A DNA stretch of 32,610 bases from Trichinella spiralis (taxonomy: Eukaryota), in contig NW_003526940.1 in the NCBI RefSeq assembly GCF_000181795.1, positions 212,610 through 245,219 of the forward strand, read 5' to 3'. Position 1 is the first letter of the stretch; every line of letters begins with the position of its first letter. A model generated the notes under the pieces. That model did not search any database. It saw only the letters and a list, made by a program, of their open reading frames with translations, and had not been told where the DNA came from. Positions 15,546 to 26,841 of the stretch are shown one piece after another. A program made the position numbers and the translations under genes.

Positions 15546-15917
15546 ATGCCTCCTAAAACTCCCGTTAAAGGTATCAAGAAAGCTGGCAAAGCTCAGAAAG
15601 TTGCGAAGTCTGGTGATCGAAAACGACGTCGTTCGAGGAAGGAATCGTTCGCCAGTTATATCTACAAAGTGCTGAAGCAAGTCCATCCCGATACTGGAAT
15701 TAGCAGCAAGGCAATGTCAATTATGAACAGTTTTGTTAACGACATTTTTGACCGCATTGCCGCTGAATCCAGCCGCTTGGCACACTACAATCACCGCAAC
15801 ACTATCAGTTCACGGGAAATTCAAACGGCTGTTCGTTTACTTTTGCCGGGTGAACTTAGCAAGCACGCTGTTAGTGAAGGCACTAAAGCTGTCACTAAAT
15901 ATACCAGCGCTAAGTAA
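15546..15917 (+). CDS. H2B: Histone H2B, replication-dependent type
   Basis: ATG at 15546. 123 aa, [12 protein letters not shown]...[27 protein letters not shown]...[10 protein letters not shown]. Confidence 0.99.
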   Translation: MPPKTPVKGIKKAGKAQKVAKSGDRKRRRSRKESFASYIYKVLKQVHPDTGISSKAMSIMNSFVNDIFDRIAAESSRLAHYNHRNTISSREIQTAVRLLLPGELSKHAVSEGTKAVTKYTSAK

Positions 15918-15957
15918 TTTGCCCATGTAATGTGTTGATTTCATATTGAAACCCAAC

Positions 15958-15973
15958 GGTCCTTTTCAGGGCC
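15958..15973 (+). promoter_or_regulatory. Histone 3' UTR stem-loop of H2B
   Basis: AAACCCAAC-GGTCCT TTTC AGGGCC-ACAT. Confidence 0.96.
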
Positions 15974-16084
15974 ACATTCTGATTTTCATATTGATAATTG
16001 TATAATTACAAATTTTTATTGTGAAAAAGTTTAAAAATCTTTTAAGAGTCAGTATGCGCAATATTAAAGTATTCATGTAGACTG

Positions 16085-16715
16085 CAAAACAAATGTTCTT
16101 GTATACACGAAAACAAAATTTACAAATAAAACAAATTTTTTCGTCTCTGAAAAACCTGTTTTTGTATATTTGAAAAACATGTTCGAAACATTTAAAATTT
16201 TATTTTCTCTAGTATCCGAAAAACTTTCAGAAGTGCTTTAAAATACTTAAACAAATTTCATTAAAATTTTTAATTTACGGTTTGAAGTAGAACTGCTTTA
16301 AACTGCTTTAAAACACTTTCAACAAATTTAAATACTTTAAAATTTATAATTTAAAGCATTGTTCAGTTATCTGAAGCGTTAAAGTGCTTTAAAGCTGTTG
16401 TGTATGTGAAATTGATTCAATGTGCAGAGACTGCTTGTAACTTGTTAAGAAAATTTTGATGCTCATACATGCCCAAAAAACTGTAGAAAATTTGAATGTT
16501 CTTATATGGACGCACACTTTGTTTCTGTATGTCCGAAACACTTAAAATTGAAATATTTTTGTGTATCCGAAAACTTAGGAAATTGGGTTGTTCGTACATT
16601 CCCGAAAAGCCTAGGGAAAATTTGAATGCTCTTATAAATGCCCTCGAAACAAAAAGAAATTTAAATATTCTTTTTGAAAATTTTCAGAAAATTTAAGTGC
16701 CACTGTATGCCTTTA
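16085..16715. repeat. Degenerate ~35-bp tandem repeat in the H2B-H3 spacer
   Basis: Recurrent unit resembling AGAAAATTTGAATGYTCTTRTAYATSCCGAAAA, clearest at 16446-16715 with weaker copies at 16085-16230. Confidence 0.55.
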
Positions 16716-16810
16716 AAACAAGACAATCAGCTTTATAGTGTAAGTTATTTGAAATTTGAAGAAAATTCTTCAATGTTTTGTCCTAATTTACGTCGTAGTT
16801 GAATTTCCTT

Positions 16811-17395
<585 letters not shown>

Positions 17396-17445
17396 TTGTT
17401 TTCGTTGCGCTTGTTTCTTTATGTAATTTAACTTCAAAACCCAAC

Positions 17446-17461
17446 GGTCCTTATCAGGACC
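17446..17461 (+). promoter_or_regulatory. Histone 3' UTR stem-loop of H3 (loop TATC)
   Basis: AAACCCAAC-GGTCCT TATC AGGACC-ACTAT. Confidence 0.93.
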
Positions 17462-17540
17462 ACTATATATTTTATTGATATTTTTTTCTCTATGAAGTTG
17501 TTTTACAAATAGAAATTAATGTAAGAATGAATTGAATAAT

Positions 17541-17745
17541 TTTGAGTTTGAATGCACGTAAGGTTATTCGTAAATTTTAGTTGGTTCGACGTATTCCGAA
17601 CAGGCGAGACTAGTTTTGTTTCGTATTTGTTACAAGTTTTTATGATTTTTGAGTTTGAAACTCTACTTTCAGTGACGTATTTTTGTTTAAATTGTAAATT
17701 TCAGTTTGACTTCGACGTATTTGGGGCGAACGCGCCTAGTTTCTA
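17541..17745 (+). pseudogene. Two degenerate tandem copies of the H3 3' end
   Basis: 17713-17739 reads CGA CGT ATT TGG GGC GAA CGC GCC TAG = RRIWGERA* (H3 is RRIRGERA*). 17581-17613 reads TTG GTT CGA CGT ATT...TAG = LVRRI... Both units begin with TTTGAGTTTGAA. Confidence 0.7.
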
Positions 17746-18428
17746 ATTTTGAATTTCAAAATCCATCTGTCCAGGTCAAGGTCATTCCCATTTCATTTCC
17801 CTGATTTGATTTCCTGACCCAGGGGGAAATATTAGCCCGTATTAGGGAAGTACAATTATTTGTTATTGTTGTCCATGATAATTTCAAAACTGAAATGTAA
17901 TTTTTAATAATATAAAAATTTTTTGTTATAATAATAATAAAATTATAATTTATAAATTTATAATTTATTACTTGTTAAAAATCAATTCTTTGATATTCAA
18001 ATTGGTCTTATGGGAGAGGGGGGGTGAATCACAATTCCTCATGTAAACATTCGGTGTAACTTGATGTACTTGTAATTTTAAGGCACAATTATTGAAAAAT
18101 ATCGCTTTCGTTCACTTTCAAATACTATTTCTAATCAGCGGACCATTTTATTCAAGCAACAACGCACAGCGAATATCACCGTCAAACATCTGCCGGTGAC
18201 CTACTTTACGCAGATTATGCATTTTATATCCCATTTGGCATATTCTTCATTTTCATCTTGTCAACCTGTTTTAAGCAGCAAGCTTCAAACACCGGATCCT
18301 CAGGTTGTGAGCCGAGAGCAACAACTCCCTTTTAAATATTGAAATCCCAACTCGAATATTTCATTCGAATCTACTGTTTTGCCATTAACATCTGCGTTGG
18401 TGCATTTTACGAATGAATAATAAAAATA

Positions 18429-18600
18429 TCGGCGCCACATTGCTGACCTCTCAGACGAATTTTTGAATTTTCCCGCCAATTTTACCCGGAAGTGTTTCTA
18501 GATTTATTCAGCTATTGTTAAAAGCTGCTATTGATTGCGTCACGGCCGTATGGTTCTCAAAACGTCAATGCCGAAGTTGTTCAACTTGTCACTTCCGGGT
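18429..18600. promoter_or_regulatory. Promoter-like island with E2F-like sites and inverted ETS-type sites
   Basis: TTTCCCGCCA at 18469-18478. ACCCGGAAGTG at 18484-18494 and its exact reverse complement at 18590-18600. Confidence 0.4.
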
Positions 18601-20391
18601 GTATGATTTATTATAAAACTTGTTTTTCTATTTGATTTCTTGTGGAGAGGAAAAAATAAGAACAAAGTAATAATGACAAGACAACAATTTGCATAAAATA
18701 TTACTTATAATCCCAGTTTTTACTGCTCTTCTTACACAACTAGTCAAAGGAATAGATGTGTAATATATACAAGAAAATCAACTAATAATACATGCAGTAA
18801 CAGAGCAAACAGTGCCGGCAGAATTCTCTCATTTCATATATCATCAGAGAAAATATTTATTCAACAAAAGTCAAGTGATACAATTATTCTAGTGACATTT
18901 TATGAGCACAACTAATTTGAACAGGCAAAAATCGTGGGAACAAGTTGACATTCGAGATTTGAAATTACCCTTTGGCCGATAACAAAATGTGTGTAATGGA
19001 GAATTAAAATATTTTTGTTCTAAAATGTAAAATTCTTACAAAATCTCCCATATACTGTAATTAAATAATTAAAGAGGAGAATAATTGTCAACCATTTATT
19101 ACAAAATGCTTTTGAACAACCAGAAAATTTGTCATCAATTCAAACAAAACACTAATTTGGTTTGATATGCAGCTGTTATAAAAGATAATTTATAAATGAA
19201 CAAATGTTCATCTGAGAACAGTTGAAGCTGACAAGTGTTACTTTGGATCTCAAAGATTGAAACTTTTCTGTCATTGAACGAATTCAGAAAGTGACAAATT
19301 CAAGGCTGCGTTGATTTATCAAGCGCATTTGTTAATGGTAATTTTAATACAAAGACAAGAGAAACAACTGTTCAACTAAAACCAGGAATAGGCAACGTAA
19401 TGTCAACTGCTGAATACTTTTCTCACCGTTGTAATTGGCATCTTAAATTAGTAGAATTAGCTTTTTTGTTTTCAATCAAAAAATTTTATTTAAATACAAT
19501 CAAACAATTGCTAATTACGTTTTACTTTTTTCCACTAAACTCTGCTTATTGCTATCGGAAACGTATAGTTGGCATTACTTTCATCTTCAATCTCTAAACA
19601 TATAGATAAATCTGTTTTTTCCATTTTGTTACAATTTTAAATGTTTCTATTCACCTAAAATCAAAATTGTTATTTCTGGAGAACAAACATGTTACTAACA
19701 CAAAAAGAAACCGAATAACTACGGCGCTAAAATTGCAATTTCAACAAATCTATCAAAAATATTCATGTAACTAACAAGAAAAAAAACTGTTTTCCAATCA
19801 CTTTGTAAAATATTTTGAATTTCTTATACAACAAAAATAATAATATTATTATAATTGCAGCAACTCATTTGTTGTTACATTTTTGTTTTCCATAATTTAG
19901 AAATAAAAATCATAGTTGTACTGATGTGAACTTTACATTCATTTCTTGCAACTTGACCGATATACAATTTTCCACCATATAACAATAAACATTAAATATT
20001 ACCATTTTCATGTGATAAAATTACATTTGGGTAAAAAATTGAACAATGACATCCCCTAGTTAAAGGAGAGTTTACATCACCTGGTTTGCATACCAATTTA
20101 CAATAAATTATTAAATCGATAAAATTAACATTCATTTATTATACAAACATTCGAGTTGAATCCAAATTAATATGCCAGAAATACGTTACTTTGTTTGGAA
20201 TAACGCTTGTGTTGAAGACAAAGTAATTGAAGCTTGTTAAGCGGATTGAAATCTCAAAATTATTCTCATGAACGATAAAACTTGACAAGATGTATGAAAA
20301 TTTTTAACGAACATTTAAAATTATTAAAAATTACAAAAAACTATGGAAATTCAATTGAAATATTTATACCGATGAAATGTAAACGTTCCAA

Positions 20392-20538
20392 CCAGTCTGA
20401 ATTAACGGTTATTCGCTGATGGAATATTGAAAATTATCTTCTAATGATATCCAGAGTCACATTGATCAATAATGAAAATTTACACAGGATTCAATCATAT
20501 TAAAACAACTTTGAATCAATCAACAAATAACACCAATG
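20392..20538. repeat. Dispersed ~140-bp direct repeat, copy 1 (copy 2 at about 22369-22507); probably TE-derived
   Basis: Shared core GCTGATGGAATATTGAAAATTATCTTCYAATGATATCCAGAGTC...TAAAACAACTTTGAA.CAATCAA.AAATAAC.CCAATG. Confidence 0.85.
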
Positions 20539-21129
20539 AAAATATTAAATCAGCAAAAGAACTCGAAGGAAGAATGCCTCCAAAACGAAGCATTCCTAAA
20601 ACAATTTACAATTATGCTTCAAATTTTTATTTTCACCATTTATTAAATTTTATAATTCGTCTGCATACATAAAATTAAAATTTATCTGTGCAGACAGCTT
20701 TAATTAAAAATTCTTTTTAATTACAAATTAACAGAAAGTTTCCAACATTATCAAACCTACTGTAACACTTTTACTTAAGTTTTAGAAAATACATAATGAT
20801 TTCAAAAGCTCTGTTTTAACTGTTATTGTAATTTTAAATATAGTTTTTCTCATAATACATTATTCATCTTGTGAAATCAGTAAACCATAATTAATTTATT
20901 ATTATGTTCAGCTGAAGGAAGACTGCTGAGTATTTCACCTTGAAAATCAATAAATACTGTAGAAATACAGTAGTAATAGAACTGGCGTGGTGATGTGGAA
21001 TGATTAATATGGAAAGTTGGTATGAATATGTAGTAAAGAAGAATAATTCACTGGTTTGTTCGCATTGCCGCGATTTAACTACTGCCCTTCTATAAGCAAA
21101 ACCCGTGGACTGGGATTTCACAGGTATAA

Positions 21130-22270
21130 GTTCAAATTGTAGTGTTTTTGAGAAACTTTTGCCACGTCATCTCATCCTTTATAGAATTAATCGCTAATGA
21201 GGTTGATGAATTAGTGGAACTCGTTCAAGATTCATCGTACAAAAACCTTAAATGACGCCTGCTGTAACGTTTTGGCATATCTAAAATGTAGCGCTTCCTT
21301 GTGATCACTACTCCATTGGCAGTTGGCAACGTGAAGTCGTTCCAGATGTTTCGTGATGAACTAAAGTTGTGGCAATGCTATTGACCAGAATGCATGGTTT
21401 CTCCGTAACCAATTTTTGTGTTGTCTACTTGTGAACATGGAAATGATAATTGAAATGGAAATTTTGCCAACGTAAAGGAAATGGCCAACAGATCTGATAA
21501 TTTCTTTTCATGAATCACTGCCGTCCCGATGGAAACTTATGACAAAATTGTATCAAGCTTGACAAACAACTGCGCTCTTGGCAAAAATTGACACCAGGCT
21601 CACCTCAACATCCTTACAATAGGACTGATGCGAAGGGCGCATTGAAGGATAATGGAAATTATTCTGCAAAGCAGGTGTGGCGTAGCTGTTTTACTAATCG
21701 CAGATTCAGCGTCGCAGTCCGCCAGTGTTATAGACGCGACTTTCCTAAGCTGACATGCAGTTTTTGCTTCTTTTTTATTACTGATATAACATCGTACGTT
21801 TCCTACGAAGGCATCAAGCCGTTACCGTAGAAAGTGTGCTTAAGCTCCGTTAGTTTCTCAGTATCATCAGCTTCTAGGGACGTTCTACCCACCAGATCAT
21901 GCATGCAACGATTACTTCTGGCAAACGCTTCTCTTGGCAACAGGAGAATACCCAGTTGAAATTATGTTTCAACAAGTCTGTGAAAATGCTGATTTGTCAT
22001 TTGAATAAGATGTTTTGAAGATGCCCATGTGGCATTTAGAATCACTCTCGTCGAATGTAATCACGGTGTTGAGTGATCTTCAAAGAGAATGTGCTGCTTT
22101 GACTTTGCTTATTACCCGGAAATAGCTAATTTCCGGGTACCATTTGCTGAAATTGGCGCGATCAGGATAGCAATGAATTAATTGTTTCATTATTATTTTT
22201 CGTGTTGTGCTGTATTGCTCGTGTATTGTGTTTATTGTATTTTTATTTTGTGCTTATTTGCTGAATAAAT
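21130..22270 (+). mobile_element. Decayed Mutator-like (MULE) transposase remnant
   Basis: Less AT-rich block with ordered MULE-like fragments ETYDKIVSSL, AVRQ...DFPKLTCSFCFF (compare A+...FP.....C.FH) and DYFWQT. Many stops and frameshifts. Confidence 0.4.
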
Positions 22271-22368
22271 AATTATACTTGTGCTGATGTCTTGTAGTCG
22301 CGAAGCGGGGAAGGGAGAGCGAACTGGCATTGCTGATGCTGTTCGCGACAATCACAGGCATATAATTC

Positions 22369-23079
22369 GCCAGTCTGTTTTAACAGTTATTTGCTGATGG
22401 AATATTGAAAATTATCTTCCAATGATATCCAGAGTCCATAATGAAGATTTGCATAAGACTGAATAATACTAAAACAACTTTGAAGCAATCAAGAAATAAC
22501 GCCAATGCATTTCTTATACCATTAGGATAGCGTTGGAAATGAGTGAAAATCTTATCGGCGGAAACTTGAATGTACCATCCGTACCCTAAGTGGTCTATTA
22601 CCGATTTTCCAACTGATATATAAATCTGCTCCCACTGTTTGTAAATAAATTTGCTGCCTGTTGAAATTTATCAAGATTTCCGGGTGTAATATCAGAATAC
22701 TGAATAATCTGTTTGAAAAATCTGGAACGTTGCAGCAACACTTCCAATTTCCGAGTTACAAATGGCACTAACGCTAACGTTACGTTTTAGCTCGCAATTT
22801 CACTTAATTTTACGCATGATTTCACGCATATGCCTTTGTCAAACATTCTTCGCTTTTCTCGTCACATCACATATGTTGGTAAAGGCGATTTTTATACAAA
22901 GGAAAAAACTCCAGGTGATGAATTGTCCCCAGATGCATATGCCAAATCTAACTAAAGCGTGCAACTGCTAATATGCTAGTATCGGAGTAATTTTGAATCT
23001 GACGTCCAACTGTGCCATAAAGATCTATCCTGTTAACAATCAAGAATATCATATCGACTCTAACGGTTCTGTCGTCGTA
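22369..23079 (-). mobile_element. Second decayed MULE transposase remnant, running into the gap
   Basis: Minus strand 22562-22588 reads TAG GGT ACG GAT GGT ACA TTC AAG TTT = (W>*)GTDGTFKF, the MULE first-catalytic-Asp motif DGTFK. Confidence 0.55.
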
Positions 23080-23089
23080 NNNNNNNNNN
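23080..23089. other. Assembly gap (others at 30911-30920 and 31813-31822)
   Basis: Runs of 10 N. Confidence 1.
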
Positions 23090-24280
23090 AAATATTTCTG
23101 TTAATCTCAATGGAGACTTTTATACTGCGATAAAACCTTAAGAAAATTAAAAATTCATCAAAATTAGAGCAAATTGTTAATTTGAGTTCATAAGAAAATT
23201 TTACATTATAATCAAAAAAAGAAAAACTTTAGTTAACAACATTGCGATTCCAGAAAATTATCTATGGAAGCATTCATTAACAAATTGCAGTTATCAAATT
23301 ATAAATATGAATATATATGACAGCACAAAAAAATTTCATATTTGCGCTTAACATTTTTTTGTTCCTGACAAAATCATCAAAAAAATATCTTTAACATTAT
23401 GGTACTCCCACAGTTTTTCATTGCATTTCTTGCTTATTCAAATAGCATAGCTCGAAACCATCCTTTAATTCTTGAAATATTGAAACAGTTATTTGAATTT
23501 TGTTAAATAAAGAAACAATTCCTGTGACATATAGATTAACAAATTCTGTCAACAATAAAAATTCATGTCCATCAACATCATGATCTATTATTGCTCATTT
23601 TATTATTTTATTTTTGTGTATATAAGCGTTTGATGTTGAATAAACAATGCTGTTTATGGAGATGTATAATAATTGCATAAGAATAACTGAAAATAGTTCA
23701 TTCTACATACAGTTTATTACCCTGTGCTGCAACTGTTTCTTGTATTAGCAATCTATTCTTTTAATCTCATTTACTGCATAAAGTGCAGCTTAACGATCAG
23801 TGGCTGACTAAAATTTGGAATAAAATCATACTCATGAAAGTGACAATTTAAGGGAAGTCAGCTTCTGAATTTGCGTTTTGTGAGCTGTCCAGATGTGGTC
23901 CAGTAGCAAGCAGTTTTCAGCAAGTGTTTCACGCACTAAGGCTAACAGAACTCTTGGGTAAAATTTCAGAATTCGTATGAAAAATTGTGAATGCAGCGTC
24001 AACAATTTCAATTTATTCACGATGATGCCAAGGCAGATGTTGAAAAACAACAAGGTGATTAAAATTGAAGGTAAGACAAAGGTCAAAGTTTCAATTGCAG
24101 AATTTAAAATTAACAGAATAGAAATTTTTAATTTTTATTGTTGTTGTCTTGCTTTCGCGATTCTGCAGTTACGACGGCCTGCTGTTGCGGTATGTGCTTT
24201 GTTCATGAAAGCAGCGCGTACAAAGTAAAATTACTCATGTAAACAGAAAACACTGGCCATATTCTAAAGTTTGTGTAACA

Positions 24281-25430
24281 TGTAACGCGTGTGCTCTTTG
24301 CTATTATTAATCAGCTGCGTTTTTTCATGTTGTGCAGCGGAGGCAAACTTGTCTGTTGCATACTTGGCATGCTTGTTGTTCTTGTCATCCACAGCAGGCA
24401 AACCTTTAAAAGCAATTATCAAATGAGATAATGCCCTGAGCTTCCGGGCGTTACATTATTTCCCCCTTCTGGAAGAGCGTTTCTGTCCGCTGCATTTCTT
24501 ACGAGAGTTGCATCTCAGAACCTGGCTGTACGTCGTCAGTTCCCTAGTAGTTGGGGCCTTCATTTTTCACGGCCTTCATCAAAGGAGCATCCATCAGGTA
24601 GCTTTAATATTCAGTAAGGTCCTTCCCAATTCGGGCCAAGTTTGGACTGCAGCTATATTCTGTTTCCATGTTCGAACTTCGACTCTTGGGTGCTTCATCG
24701 TACCAAATTTCTAGCGTCCTTGTTCCATGTCGGTTTTCTGACGTACCGCTGCGTGCAGACAGTCCATATTTTGGCTGAGTTGCTGGACGCAGTGCTGGTG
24801 CTTTATTGCGTCGTTGCGTAGGGTTCCCCCTACATAAGGTCTACAAGCAGTCCTATCTCTCATCCGTAGATTATTCGGCTAGGAATTGCGGCTGTAGTGT
24901 AGTGAATACGAGTCCTGTAGTACAGCAACACTCGGTCGATATGTTACGCTTAGTGTTGAAAGTTGCCTATTATTAGGAAGCTCTTCTTGCCTATTCTTGA
25001 TAATAAGCATAAGCATTGCCTGATATGAGGAATAGGCAATATTTTTGCGTAATATCGAGAATAAGTAATAAGCATTTGCTTAATATTGAAAGAACGATTC
25101 ATGAGCCACGCTGCATGTTGAAAATTCATGCATCTGCATGGTAGGACGATCCTTGTTCTGAGGCAGCTTCTGGCTGGCGCACATTTCGCACGTACGGCAC
25201 CAATGCTTGACATCCTACCTCTGCTGCGGCCAATACAATCCTTGTCACACCTTCTTCAATATTTTCACAACCTCCCTTGGTCCTCAGTCGCGTGGTTGTG
25301 GACTATGTCCAGAACTTCTGGAATATGCGTGTGAGGTACAACTGGAAGTGATATATTCTTATTCGTATCCAACCTTTCCCAGTCTCAGGTCAGAACTCTG
25401 GTTGTTACCCTTATTTGTCTTCGCTGGACC
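24281..25430 (-). mobile_element. Old, degraded Ty3/Gypsy element: integrase remnants, PPT and putative 175-bp 3' LTR
   Basis: Minus strand: HIPEVLDIVHNH...LYWPQQR*DVKHWCRTCEMCA (integrase zinc finger), IIYG*EIGLLVDL, KLGPNWEGPY (GPY/F). PPT AGAAGGGGGAAATAA at 24456-24470. The segment 24281-24455 is bounded by the TGTAACGC/GCGTTACA inverted repeat. Confidence 0.8.
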
Positions 25431-25938
25431 CATAAGCTCTTAAGCATTCTTAAGCTATATTTTAAAATGCTTTTATTTAATTTTAAATCATTCACTACAT
25501 ACGTCTTCGTCAAGATAAGTAGTTGTGCATCAGGTCAACTCGGACGGTGAACACCCAGCCAAGAACAAAGAGGCGGTGGCCGACCCTCTTGCTGTGACAG
25601 AAATTCTGCTACAGTCAGTTGATCTGTATTATCACGTAAATCGAGACAACAGACGTAAGATCAGGTAAAATGAACACGACGGCTAGAGAGAGGATTGAAA
25701 GAAGCACCACAAACAAATTGCAGAACTCTGTTTACAAGCACGCAAGGTATTATCTCACACACACCGACACACTCAACTATATCTATATATGTGAGCACAG
25801 TAGTACAGTATAGTGATTATCAGGTTTCAAATGAATTGTTCTTTTCATCAGCACAATTCCATCAATGAAATTTCTCAAAAAAACATTTTTTATGCATAGA
25901 ATATTGAACATGAGCATCAGCTATTCAAGTTGAAAAAA

Positions 25939-26167
25939 TTATCTTAATGTTTTTTTCTTATAAGAAATGTAAATAAATTCCAAAAATAAAGATAGTGCAG
26001 AAATAATTGTTGCGGCTAATAAAAATAAAAATAACACTCCAATACTTTCCATTGATATTACGCCTGACTTAACCACTTCAGATTGACAAAATGTTCTGTT
26101 TGGATGCCGATTCCACCATTTATCTTTTAAGGTTTCAGTTTTTCGTTCTTTCACTAAATTCAGTAAT
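25939..26167 (-). CDS. Probable terminal exon (S2 end plus M4 helix) of an ionotropic glutamate receptor / IR-like gene, possibly a pseudogene
   Basis: TTTTTCAG acceptor, then LLNLVKERKTETLKDKWW...FC...ISMESIGVLFLFLLAATIISALSLFLEF, matching the iGluR pattern L.L.E.G.L..LK.KWW..C...++GG+F.+L...+EF. Confidence 0.55.
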
Positions 26168-26414
26168 CTGAAAAACATAAATCAGTAATCTGAAGTAAGA
26201 TAATACAAATGTGTCATTAACCTTAGACATTAATGTACAATTTACTACACCGTTATTCTTAAAATATGGCATAATATGAAAAATAAAAAAAATTTGAAAA
26301 AACGTTTTTACTATTTTCCAGCTGTCAACCTTAAAGTATATTTGTTACAGATTCAAACTGAAAATAAAACCTAAGAATCGACAATAAAAATTAATATTTT
26401 TAAAAAAGTGGCTG

Positions 26415-26841
26415 TGTAACGATCATTGCTGTACGGCGTGTCGTTCGGTCATTGACCCAATGGCCGCCGGTCGCTGATCGTCCGTTGGGGCAGCGGATCA
26501 AAGCCGCCGCGTAACAAGCCGCTGATTTATAGAAGGGCCACAAGCCGGCGGATTGGCAGCAAGACAATGGAGGGATCAAATTTCAGTTGAGCAACCCCGG
26601 TGCCCCCTGCGGCGAAATACTTCTATATATTGGAGCGGCGGAGACCATCCAGGGAGTTAGTGAGTTAGTGAGTGAGTTGGCGAGCGTGGAGTGCAAGTGC
26701 TGTGACGATACGAACGTGGAAGATGGCAACACGAAGACGAGACCGCGCGAGCGAAGATGAGCCGGCCAAGAGTGATAACGGGCGAACTGGAGCGGACCCG
26801 GAGGAAGGGAACCAGACGACCCCGCCCAGCGGGTCGTTACA
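26415..26841 (+). repeat. 5' LTR (427 bp)
   Basis: Differs from 29164-29591 by 9 substitutions and 1 indel (manual alignment). TATA-like CTATATAT at about 26623. Confidence 0.97.

Noticed and set aside
16446..16715. CRISPR-like periodicity
   Set aside because: The units are degenerate and contiguous with no unique spacers, in a eukaryotic context with no cas genes.
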